From positions 30,946 to 94,945 of the forward strand of contig DBXI01000076.1 of the NCBI GenBank assembly GCA_002309255.1: a stretch of DNA of 64,000 nt. Direction: 5' to 3'. Positions 44,983 to 53,375 of this stretch are shown piece by piece. This stretch comes from Bacteroidales bacterium UBA1216. GTDB taxonomy: Bacteria; Bacteroidota; Bacteroidia; Bacteroidales; Paludibacteraceae. The notes under the pieces are model-generated. The model was not told the origin of the DNA. It searched no databases and worked only from the letters and a program-made list of their open reading frames with translations. The translations under genes and the position numbers were made by a program. Position 1 is the stretch's first letter; each line of letters begins with the position of its first letter.

Positions 44983-47235
44983 GTGGTAACGGTTGACGTT
45001 ATTCTGCCCCTTGCCATCGCGGACATCTATACGTATAGTGTTCCCGAAGGTATGTTATGTCCGCCGGTGGGCGTACGTGTCTTGGTGCCCTTGGCTCGCA
45101 AGACGATCACGGGGGTGGTGTATCGTCAGCACCTTGACGACAGTACTGCTTCCGGGCAAATACATGTTGCTCTCAGGGATATCATTGAGGTGCTGGATGA
45201 GCAGCCGATAGTACTGCCATCGCAACTGTCGCTATGGCGTTGGATGGCGGATTACTACCTCTGCACCCTGGGCGAGGTGATGGCGGCTGCTCTGCCGGCA
45301 CGGCTGTTGGATAACGACTATATAGCGCGTACTGAGGTGTATATCTCCCTCCATCCACGCTTCACGGATGTGGAGCAGTTGCAACCCATTTTCAATTCGC
45401 TTCACCGCGCCCCCAAGCAACTCAAGTTACTGGAGTATTTCCTCGATTTATCCGATGCGTTCGACAACGCGCCGCATCCGGTCGATCAGCGGCAACTCAT
45501 CGAACAATCCGGCGAATCCACAGCTGTGCTGCGCACACTGATAGAGAAAAACATTCTCTGCGCCTCTCACGAGGTTGTGAGCCGCATACCCTCCTATGAC
45601 ACTGATATTGAATCGGCTCATCCGCTGACACCTCAACAGCAGCGTGCTGCAGAAGAGATAGATACGGGCTTTGCTGATGCGAAGGTTTGCCTGCTGCACG
45701 GTGTTACATCCAGCGGCAAGACTGAGGTGTATATCCACCTGATCCGTCAAATGCTGGATCAAGGAAAACAAGTGCTGTACCTTGTACCAGAGATCGCTTT
45801 GACCACACAATTGACCGACAGACTGAAGCGGGTCTTCGGTAAGCAATTGGGAGTATATCATTCGCGCTTCAGTGATATGGAGCGCGTGGAGATATACAAG
45901 GATCTGCTTACCTCTCAGGAGGCCAAGGTTATTCTCAGCGCCCGCTCGGGAGTGTTCCTGCCGTTTAGCCATCTGGGTTTGGTGATTGTTGATGAGGAGC
46001 ATGACAGCTCGTACAAACAACAGGATCCTGCACCACGGTATCATGCGCGTTCTGTAGCGGTTGTGATGGCTAAAGCCGCTGCGGCGAACGTCTTGTTGGG
46101 TACAGCTACGCCGGCAATAGAGACCTATTATAACGCTAAGAATAGCAAGTACCGACTGGTAGAGATGCATGAACGGTATGCAGGACTCAGTCTGCCGCAT
46201 ATCACCATGGTGGATCTCAAGCAACAGTATCACCGCAAAGAGATGTACGAGCATTTCTCTGATCCGCTGGTGGAACGAATGCGTGAGCAGTTGGCGCTAG
46301 GTAAACAAATCATCATCTTCCAGAATAGGCGTGGGTATGCGCCGTATATCAGTTGCAGGCACTGCGGATTTGTGCCCAAGTGCGGAAATTGCGATGTGAG
46401 CCTCACGTATCATAAGCGTGCGCGCTCGCTGGTGTGTCACTATTGTGGTCACACGATCAGCGCACCGGATTGTTGCCCCAATTGCGGTGGCGAATGGCAT
46501 GAATTTGGCGTTGGTACCGAGCGCGTAGAGGACGAAGTAATCGGCATTTTCCCTGGTGCGCGTGTGGCGCGTATGGATCTGGATACAACGCGCAACAAGA
46601 AAAGCCACCAGCGTCTGATCAATACCTTTGCACGCCATGAGGTAGATATACTGATCGGTACGCAGATGGTGACTAAAGGTCTGCATTTCAATGACGTATC
46701 GCTCGTTGCAGTGCTGAATGCCGACACGATGATGCAGTCGCCGGACTTCCGCAGCTATGAGCGAGCCTTTCAGATGCTGGAGCAGGTGGCTGGTCGTGCA
46801 GGCAGAACAGGAGCGCAGGGCGAAGTGGTCATCCAATCGTTTCAGCCGGATAATCCGTTATATACCTACCTGCAAAATCACGATTACTCCGTGTTCTATG
46901 CCGAACAGGTCAAGGAGCGCCGCATGTTCCGTTTTCCGCCCTTCTACAGGCTGATTGTCCTTACTCTCAAACACCGAGACTATTCGCGACTGGATACAGC
47001 GGCACGCGAGCTGAGTCAGCGGTTGCAAGCTGTATTCGGCAACCGCTGTTCAGGTGTGATTATTCCGTCTGTATCGCGCGTGCAAAACATGCACATCCGT
47101 ACTATCCGCTTGCGTGTAGAGACTGCTGCATCCTTTGCACAGGCCAAGAGCCTTGTTATGCAGCACGTGCAACTGGTGCAGTCGCTGCCTAATTGCAAAG
47201 GTGTGATTGTTCAGCCGGATGTTGACCCGATGTAA
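44983..47235 (+). CDS. priA: primosomal protein N' (replication restart helicase PriA)
   Basis: VDVILPLAI...YTYSVP N-terminus, Walker A GVTSGKTEVY, DEEHD, Cys-rich zinc region (CRHCGF..CGNC..CHYCG..CPNCG). GTG start. Confidence 0.93.
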   Translation: MVTVDVILPLAIADIYTYSVPEGMLCPPVGVRVLVPLARKTITGVVYRQHLDDSTASGQIHVALRDIIEVLDEQPIVLPSQLSLWRWMADYYLCTLGEVMAAALPARLLDNDYIARTEVYISLHPRFTDVEQLQPIFNSLHRAPKQLKLLEYFLDLSDAFDNAPHPVDQRQLIEQSGESTAVLRTLIEKNILCASHEVVSRIPSYDTDIESAHPLTPQQQRAAEEIDTGFADAKVCLLHGVTSSGKTEVYIHLIRQMLDQGKQVLYLVPEIALTTQLTDRLKRVFGKQLGVYHSRFSDMERVEIYKDLLTSQEAKVILSARSGVFLPFSHLGLVIVDEEHDSSYKQQDPAPRYHARSVAVVMAKAAAANVLLGTATPAIETYYNAKNSKYRLVEMHERYAGLSLPHITMVDLKQQYHRKEMYEHFSDPLVERMREQLALGKQIIIFQNRRGYAPYISCRHCGFVPKCGNCDVSLTYHKRARSLVCHYCGHTISAPDCCPNCGGEWHEFGVGTERVEDEVIGIFPGARVARMDLDTTRNKKSHQRLINTFARHEVDILIGTQMVTKGLHFNDVSLVAVLNADTMMQSPDFRSYERAFQMLEQVAGRAGRTGAQGEVVIQSFQPDNPLYTYLQNHDYSVFYAEQVKERRMFRFPPFYRLIVLTLKHRDYSRLDTAARELSQRLQAVFGNRCSGVIIPSVSRVQNMHIRTIRLRVETAASFAQAKSLVMQHVQLVQSLPNCKGVIVQPDVDPM

Positions 47236-47239
47236 GTTC

Positions 47240-48607
47240 ATGAATGTAAAGCTGCATATAAACACAACTATCCTGCGGGAGTACTTACCATACTATCGTC
47301 GGAATCTTATTGTGGCTTTTCCCGTCATGCTCACGCAGCTTGGCGCTGCATTGGTCGGCCTGATTGATACGATCATGGTAGGTCACTACAGTACGACTGA
47401 TCTGGCCGCGGTGAGTTTTGCTAATGGTGTGTTCTTTACTATCATGGTGTTTGCTATGGGTGCTGTGATGGGCGTGACGCCACTGGTGGGACAAGCCTAT
47501 GTACAGCACAAAGATGAACGCGTGGCGGCACTGCTGCTTAATGGGTTGTGGTTCACGTTGCTTGTAGGAGGAGTGACCTGCGCGGTGCTGGGTATATGTG
47601 TGCCGCTGATGGACAATATGGGACAAGATCCTGAAGTGGTGAAGGCTGCACGTCCGTACCTGATAACGCGCATCATAGGTATGCTGCCTTTCTTGCTGTT
47701 CTGCCTAGAGAAGCAGTTCATGGAGGGTTTGGGTAATACTATCGTAGCAATGATCGTCACCGCGGGCATCAATCTGCTGAATATATTGCTTAACTGGGTG
47801 TTTATCTTCGGTCATTGGGGTGCGCAGGCTATGGGGGCGGCGGGCGCAGGTTTGGCTACGATGGTTGCATGGATACTGCTGCCAATAGTGTACCTTATAT
47901 GCATCTTGCGCCGTGAAAAGTGGCGTAAGTATCTGGTGCTATGTCGTGACGGATTATCCGATCGCGTCATGGTGCGCGAGCTCTTTCGGGTAGGTACACC
48001 CATCGGCTTGCAGACCACGATGGAAACGGTGCTCTTCACCTTGTCGTTCATCATGGTGGGGTGGATCAACAAGGAAGCTCTGGCAGCCCATCAAGTCACG
48101 AACCAGATAGCTGATTTTGCATTCATGCTCTCGCTGGGCATCAGCTCTGCCACCACCATACGCGTATCGCACCAATACGGCTTGAGGGATATGCATGCCA
48201 CCAAGATGGCGGCAAACGCCAGTGTTCATCTCATCCTGCTGATGAATACCATAGGTGCGTTGCTGATGATCAGCTTGAGGCACTACTTGCCCTATCTCTT
48301 CACTAATGACGAAGTGGTGGTGGCACTTGCTTCGCAGCTACTGATCTTCGCCGGCCTGCTCCAGTATGCTGATGGCCTGCAATGTGTTGGTGCTGGGATG
48401 CTACGTGGTGTGACGGATGTGAAGGCTCCGATGTGGATAACGGTCTTCACCTACGTGGTGGTAGCACTTCCGCTCGGATATATACTTATGTTCCCCGCCG
48501 ATTTAGGTGCTGTAGGTATGTGGATCAGTTTTGTTGTGGCACTCACCATTGCCGCCATTGCTTTCCACCTCCGCTTCCGCTGGCTCTTCCGTAACTTGCA
48601 TCGATAG
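47240..48607 (+). CDS. MATE family efflux transporter
   Basis: 12 TM segments with a NorM-like N-terminus (LIVAFPVMLTQLGAALVGLIDTIMVGH). The ATG at 47240, just after the priA stop, is preferred. Confidence 0.88.
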   Translation: MNVKLHINTTILREYLPYYRRNLIVAFPVMLTQLGAALVGLIDTIMVGHYSTTDLAAVSFANGVFFTIMVFAMGAVMGVTPLVGQAYVQHKDERVAALLLNGLWFTLLVGGVTCAVLGICVPLMDNMGQDPEVVKAARPYLITRIIGMLPFLLFCLEKQFMEGLGNTIVAMIVTAGINLLNILLNWVFIFGHWGAQAMGAAGAGLATMVAWILLPIVYLICILRREKWRKYLVLCRDGLSDRVMVRELFRVGTPIGLQTTMETVLFTLSFIMVGWINKEALAAHQVTNQIADFAFMLSLGISSATTIRVSHQYGLRDMHATKMAANASVHLILLMNTIGALLMISLRHYLPYLFTNDEVVVALASQLLIFAGLLQYADGLQCVGAGMLRGVTDVKAPMWITVFTYVVVALPLGYILMFPADLGAVGMWISFVVALTIAAIAFHLRFRWLFRNLHR

Positions 48608-48611
48608 AACA

Positions 48612-49409
48612 ATGCATGAGTTAGTAGAATATATTGTGTCCGCCCTGACGCCGTGTTACCCGCCCGGCGAGGCGCGTGCAATGGCGTATTGGATTATAGA
48701 GGAGAAGACGGGACTCAATCGCTTTCAAGCGCATATGCATCCGGGGGCGATAGAGATACCTGATCTTGACGTAATCATCGAGCAATTGCGCAACAATGTG
48801 CCCATTCAGTATGTTTTCGGTCATACAGAATGGCTGGGTATGAATCTGCAAGTCAGTCCTGCCACTCTCATCCCCCGTCCGGAAACAGCCGAGCTCATCA
48901 GCCTTGTCTCTGGTAGCCAGCCACGCATCCGCGTGCTGGATGTAGGCACCGGCAGCGGATGTATTGCGCTCGCGCTCAAGCAGCGGCATCCCAATTGGAC
49001 TGTACATGCGATGGATAACAGCATTGAGGCACTGACCATCGCACAAACCAATGCACAACGGCTAGGAATAGATGTCACGTTCATCCTTGCGGATATACTG
49101 CGCGATGATATATCGCAGTACGACCTTATCGTCTCCAATCCACCGTATATCCGTCCATCGGAGCGAGGTGCGATGACGCAGAATGCACTCATCTACGAGC
49201 CGTCCAGCGCGCTGTTTGTGCCCGAAGCCGATCCACTACTTTTCTATCGGCGTATGGCGCAACTGCACCGAGCACCCGAACTGTGGTTTGAGATCAACGA
49301 GAATCTCGGTGACGAGATGCTCTTGCTGATGCGGCAGTCCGGCTATGAGGCGCAGTGCTTCCGCGATATGTACGACAAGCAACGATTCATCCATGCTACG
49401 CAACGATAA
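48612..49409 (+). CDS. prmC: peptide chain release factor N5-glutamine methyltransferase
   Basis: VLDVGTGSGCIALAL SAM motif and VSNPPYI catalytic motif. The ATG at 48612 is preferred. Confidence 0.9.
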   Translation: MHELVEYIVSALTPCYPPGEARAMAYWIIEEKTGLNRFQAHMHPGAIEIPDLDVIIEQLRNNVPIQYVFGHTEWLGMNLQVSPATLIPRPETAELISLVSGSQPRIRVLDVGTGSGCIALALKQRHPNWTVHAMDNSIEALTIAQTNAQRLGIDVTFILADILRDDISQYDLIVSNPPYIRPSERGAMTQNALIYEPSSALFVPEADPLLFYRRMAQLHRAPELWFEINENLGDEMLLLMRQSGYEAQCFRDMYDKQRFIHATQR

Positions 49410-49414
49410 TAACA

Positions 49415-50038
49415 ATGAAGATAACAACTGAAGCCATAGTATTAGGGTTGCGCAAGCACTCCGACAAGATGTCGGTGCTACACGTGTATACCAAGACCGA
49501 AGGACGTCTTGCCCTACAGGTGTATGGCGTTCACGGTAAGCGCAAGATGCAGGCAGCTTACCAACCATTATCTATCGTTGAAGTCACCTACGATGCTCTT
49601 CCGGCACGTCCTTTTGTTGTCGCTTCATCCGTCGATCCGGTCTTTTTGTCAGAACAGGTATATGAGGATATACGTAAACAGACTGTCGCTCTGTTTGTCG
49701 CGGAGATACTGATGCTCACAGTGACGCATCCGATGCGCGATGAGACAATCTACGATTTTCTCGGTGCTTTCGTTCGCGAACTCAACGGAACTTCTACTCC
49801 AGAGAATCTTCATATTATCTTCATGATTAGACTGGCAGAGTTGTTGGGTATCGGCGTGCCGAAACTATCCGATGTAAGTGTCTACGCTAATATCGAAAAC
49901 CCGACTTTCACCACTGCATCGCTGTCGCGCACAACTCGACAAGACCTATTGTACCAACTATGTGGCTATTACTCAGAACACATCGAGTCTTTCCGTATGC
50001 CTAAATCTTTGGATATACTCATTGAAATATTCAATTGA
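49415..50038 (+). CDS. recO: DNA repair protein RecO
   Basis: N-terminal OB-fold pattern (TEAIVLGLRKHSDKMSVLHVYTKTEGR), about 207 aa. The ATG at 49415 is preferred. Confidence 0.82.
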   Translation: MKITTEAIVLGLRKHSDKMSVLHVYTKTEGRLALQVYGVHGKRKMQAAYQPLSIVEVTYDALPARPFVVASSVDPVFLSEQVYEDIRKQTVALFVAEILMLTVTHPMRDETIYDFLGAFVRELNGTSTPENLHIIFMIRLAELLGIGVPKLSDVSVYANIENPTFTTASLSRTTRQDLLYQLCGYYSEHIESFRMPKSLDILIEIFN

Positions 50039-50115
50039 ATTCATCCGACTCTGACGCTTGATAAAAAATATTGCAAAAAAATATGAAATTATTTGCAAAT
50101 GTCAAATATTTTTTG

Positions 50116-50123
50116 TAACTTTG
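50116..50123 (+). promoter_or_regulatory. -7 box TAACTTTG, with -33 TTTG at 50092-50095
   Basis: Canonical 20-nt spacing. The -33 sits in tatttgcaaatg. Lies 49 nt upstream of the ATG at 50172. Confidence 0.7.
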
Positions 50124-50171
50124 TACGTTTTTTGTGAAATGTATTATTTATAATTATTGGCAGTTTAATCC

Positions 50172-51641
50172 ATGCAACTATCAGAACTTTTCACACAAGC
50201 CACGGGCAAGCCGGCAGGCGAGCAGACTTCTCTGACCGCATCAGGGAGCAACCGGCGTTATTTTCGTATATGGAGCGAGGATAAGCAGGTGACGCTCATC
50301 GGCGTAGAAGGTACGTCGCATGACGAGAATCATGCTTTCCTTATGATGGCTGCGCACTTTGCCGGCCAGGAACTGAATGTTCCACGCGTGCTCGCTGTCA
50401 GTGAAGACGAGATGCTATATGTGCAGGAAGACCTGGGTAATACGCTGCTATTTGACTACATAGCCGAGGGGCGAAAAACCGGTGTGTTCTGCGAACGTGA
50501 GAAAGTGATGCTCAGAAAAACCATACGTGCGTTAGCACGCTTTCAACTGAAGGCGGCAGAGAATTTTGACTTCAACGTATGCTACCCGCAGCCGGAGTTC
50601 AACTTGAGGAGTATCCGCTGGGATCTGAACTACTTCAAGTACTGCTTCCTTAAAGCAACGGGGCTTGAGTTCCAGGAGGATAAACTGGAAAATGAGTTTG
50701 AGCGCCTGGCATATATCCTGCTTCAGCAGAAGCAGATGAATGCATTCATGTACCGTGACTTTCAGAGCCGTAACGTGATGGTTGTTGAAAGTCAAAAGTC
50801 GAAAGTCGAAAGCGATAGAGAGTTGGAGCCGTACTTCATCGACTTCCAGGGCGGAAGGCGTGGCCCCATATACTACGATGTCGCCTCGTTCCTGTGGCAA
50901 GCTAAGGCGAACTTCCACGATGAGCTGCGCCACGAACTCATCGAGGAATATCTAGATGAACTATGTAAGTACATAGAGGTTGACAAGAAGGAGTTCTACG
51001 CCACGCTCCGGCACTTCGTGCTCTTCCGGACGATGCAGGTGCTCGGTGCTTATGGCTTCCGCGGCTACTTTGAGAAGAAACCCCACTTCTTGCAATCTAT
51101 ACCCTTTGCTATCGAGAATCTCCGCCGTCTGCTCAAAGACGCAGCGGATGACTACCCTTACCTGATCGAGGTGCTGCACGAGATGACCGAGATGAAACAG
51201 TTCAAGGAGGTGAATGTTAGGAAACCGCTGGTGGTGAAGGCCTATTCGTTCTCGTTCAAGAAAGGAATCCCTGCGGATGATAGCGGCAATGGTGGCGGCT
51301 TTGTGTTCGATTGCCGTGCGGTGAACAACCCCGGTAAGTACGAGCGCTATAACCACTACACCGGTATGGATGAGCCGGTAATCAAGTTCCTGGAGGAGGA
51401 TGGCGAGATCTTCCCCTTCCTGGATGCAGCCTACCGATTGGTGGATGCCAGCGTCAAGCGCTACAAGGATCGTGGGTTCACCAGTCTCATGGTCAGCTTC
51501 GGCTGCACGGGCGGACAGCACCGCTCTGTTTATGCCGCCGAGAAGATGGCAGAACACATCAACGAGAAATTCGGCGTCGAGGTGCGCCTCATTCACCGCG
51601 AACAGAACGTGGAACGCACACTCCCGGAGAAAGAAAAATGA
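50172..51641 (+). CDS. fusion protein: AmgK-like anomeric sugar kinase (APH fold) + RapZ C-terminal-like domain
   Basis: N-terminal half has YRDFQSRNVMV (catalytic loop) and IDFQGGRRGPIYYDVASFL (DFQ..GP..YD motif of AmgK-type kinases). C-terminal half has FVFDCRAVNNPG and SFGCTGGQHRSVYAAEKMAEHI (RapZ/YhbJ C-domain signature GCTGGQHRSV). Confidence 0.75.
   Translation: MQLSELFTQATGKPAGEQTSLTASGSNRRYFRIWSEDKQVTLIGVEGTSHDENHAFLMMAAHFAGQELNVPRVLAVSEDEMLYVQEDLGNTLLFDYIAEGRKTGVFCEREKVMLRKTIRALARFQLKAAENFDFNVCYPQPEFNLRSIRWDLNYFKYCFLKATGLEFQEDKLENEFERLAYILLQQKQMNAFMYRDFQSRNVMVVESQKSKVESDRELEPYFIDFQGGRRGPIYYDVASFLWQAKANFHDELRHELIEEYLDELCKYIEVDKKEFYATLRHFVLFRTMQVLGAYGFRGYFEKKPHFLQSIPFAIENLRRLLKDAADDYPYLIEVLHEMTEMKQFKEVNVRKPLVVKAYSFSFKKGIPADDSGNGGGFVFDCRAVNNPGKYERYNHYTGMDEPVIKFLEEDGEIFPFLDAAYRLVDASVKRYKDRGFTSLMVSFGCTGGQHRSVYAAEKMAEHINEKFGVEVRLIHREQNVERTLPEKEK
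50787..50814 (+). repeat. in-frame heptad array GAAAGTC|AAAAGTC|GAAAGTC|GAAAGCG inside the kinase CDS
   Basis: Encodes ESQKSKVES, located between the catalytic loop and the DFQ motif. Confidence 0.9.
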
Positions 51642-51643
51642 CA

Positions 51644-51671
51644 AAATTGCAAATGATTAAATTGTAAATGA
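51644..51671 (+). repeat. heptad array AAATTGC|AAATGAT|TAAATTG|TAAATGA
   Basis: Fills the spacer after the kinase stop. The last unit contains the ATG at 51668. Confidence 0.85.
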
Positions 51672-52414
51672 AGTCGATGATTTTTGCGGCGGGGCTGGGT
51701 ACGCGGCTCAAGCCTTTCACCGATAACCATCCTAAGGCGCTGTTGCCGCTGGCAGGAAAGACCTTGCTGCAATGGCAAATAGATAAGTTGCTTGCGGTAG
51801 GGGTGACGGATATAGTGGTGAATGTGCACCACTTTGCCGATCAGATCGTCGAATATCTGCTGTCAAACAGCGGCTTCGGCAGCAGGCTGCAGATCAGCGA
51901 CGAACGCGAGGTGTTGCTTGAGACGGGGGGCGGATTGCTGAAGGCGGCAGAACTGCTTGAAGAGGATGAACCGGTGCTGGTGTGCAATGTGGATATATTG
52001 TCCAACGTCGACCTAGGGGCATTCATCGCCGCGCATCAAGCCGACGAACTGGCTACGATCGTTGTATCCAATCGCGAGACACAGCGGTACTTGCTGTTTG
52101 ATGAGGAGGGGAAACTGCAAGGGTGGACGAACAAGAAAACAGGTGAAGTGAGACCGGATGGATTAACGGTGAGTGGGCTGACGATGTTAGCATTCTCCGG
52201 TATGCAGATAGTATCACCGGCCTTCTTTAGAGAACTACGGAAAGTGAGAGAGGAGAAAGGGGATAAGTTCTCGCTCATTGATGCATATTTGTCAGTAGTA
52301 AGCCGGCAGGCAGGCGTCATCCGAGCCTACGTGCCGCAAGATTATAAGATGATGGATGTGGGAAAGATTGAACAACTCGGCGAAGCCGAACGATTTGCAG
52401 AAGAATTATGTTAG
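51668..52414 (+). CDS. sugar-1-phosphate nucleotidyltransferase (MurU-like)
   Basis: MIFAAGLGTRLKPFTDNHPKALLP is an NTP-transferase G-loop. 248 aa, adjacent to an AmgK-like kinase as in the AmgK/MurU salvage pair. Confidence 0.8.
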   Translation: MKSMIFAAGLGTRLKPFTDNHPKALLPLAGKTLLQWQIDKLLAVGVTDIVVNVHHFADQIVEYLLSNSGFGSRLQISDEREVLLETGGGLLKAAELLEEDEPVLVCNVDILSNVDLGAFIAAHQADELATIVVSNRETQRYLLFDEEGKLQGWTNKKTGEVRPDGLTVSGLTMLAFSGMQIVSPAFFRELRKVREEKGDKFSLIDAYLSVVSRQAGVIRAYVPQDYKMMDVGKIEQLGEAERFAEELC

Positions 52415-53334
52415 GAGTAATTATCAATCCCAAATCGGGTAAAAAAGCTTACCGTCGGCAACGAATGTACCTGTGGAACCTATTGCGCGAGCGCCATATA
52501 CCTTATGAGTTCCGCGTAACCAAATATGCTGCTCATGCTACGGAGTTGGCGCGCGAACTGGTAGAGGATTTTGGCTGCGACGAGATCCTTGTTATAGGCG
52601 GCGATGGCACATTGTCAGAAACACTGAACGGAATCATGCGCGCCAAGATCTCTGCAGAGCAACGTAGGAAGATCCAACTCGGTCTGATGCCTCGTGGCAC
52701 AGGCAACGATTGGGGCAGGTACTGGAACCTGACGAAGAACTACCGTGATGCTATTGAGCGTTTCCTGTCGGGCGAAGGCCATCCGCTGGATGTGGGATGC
52801 GTCACGTACTGGCGCAATCATATTGAGCACCATCGCTACTTCATCAACTCCGTAGGATTCGGTGTCGATCCGCTGTGTTGCCAGAAAGCTGAGAAACTCA
52901 AGTACTACCTCGGCTCACATCACGTGAACTACCTGTTCGGATTGATCGGAGCTATCATGGAGCAGAAACCGATACCCATGCAACTGGTGGTGGATGGAGA
53001 GGTGCTGGTGCACGAAGCCTTGTTCACCATGAATGTAGGCAATGGCCCATATTCAGGAGGTGGTATCAAGCAGAATCCTGATGCCGACCCACAGGACGGC
53101 GTATTCCATGGGATGTTCGTGTGCAAGCCTACACTCATACAAATCATCCGTGCATTGCCTAACCTATTCAATGGCAAACTGACCGAACTTCCGTTCATCC
53201 ATGCCTATGTGGGCAAGGATATCCGTATGGAGACCGAAGAACATTTGCTCTTTGAGGCTGATGGCATATTGCAGAATGTGATGGGACCATGTGAGGTGCA
53301 TTGTATCCATCATGCTTTACAATTTAAAGTATAG
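52408..53334 (+). CDS. diacylglycerol/lipid kinase family protein (YegS/BmrU-like)
   Basis: IINPKSGKK..., ILVIGGDGTLSE DAGK catalytic motif, 308 aa. 7-nt overlap with the upstream gene. Confidence 0.82.
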   Translation: MLGVIINPKSGKKAYRRQRMYLWNLLRERHIPYEFRVTKYAAHATELARELVEDFGCDEILVIGGDGTLSETLNGIMRAKISAEQRRKIQLGLMPRGTGNDWGRYWNLTKNYRDAIERFLSGEGHPLDVGCVTYWRNHIEHHRYFINSVGFGVDPLCCQKAEKLKYYLGSHHVNYLFGLIGAIMEQKPIPMQLVVDGEVLVHEALFTMNVGNGPYSGGGIKQNPDADPQDGVFHGMFVCKPTLIQIIRALPNLFNGKLTELPFIHAYVGKDIRMETEEHLLFEADGILQNVMGPCEVHCIHHALQFKV

Positions 53335-53375
53335 AAAGGTGAAAGTTGAAAGGTGAAAATTGAAAGGTGGAAGAG
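53334..53375 (+). repeat. 6 x 7-bp array GAAAGGT|GAAAGTT|GAAAGGT|GAAAATT|GAAAGGT|GGAAGAG
   Basis: Starts on the last base of the lipid kinase stop codon and contains the candidate rsmH GTG start (53367). Confidence 0.95.

Noticed and set aside
44215-46836. Long minus-strand ORFs (44215..44979, 45448..46254, 46297..46836)
   Set aside because: They are antisense shadows of tdk and priA, whose motifs are unambiguous on the plus strand.
50961-51644. 227-aa minus-strand ORF
   Set aside because: It is antisense to the RapZ-C-like half of the kinase fusion. The plus-strand frame carries the GCTGGQHRSV signature.
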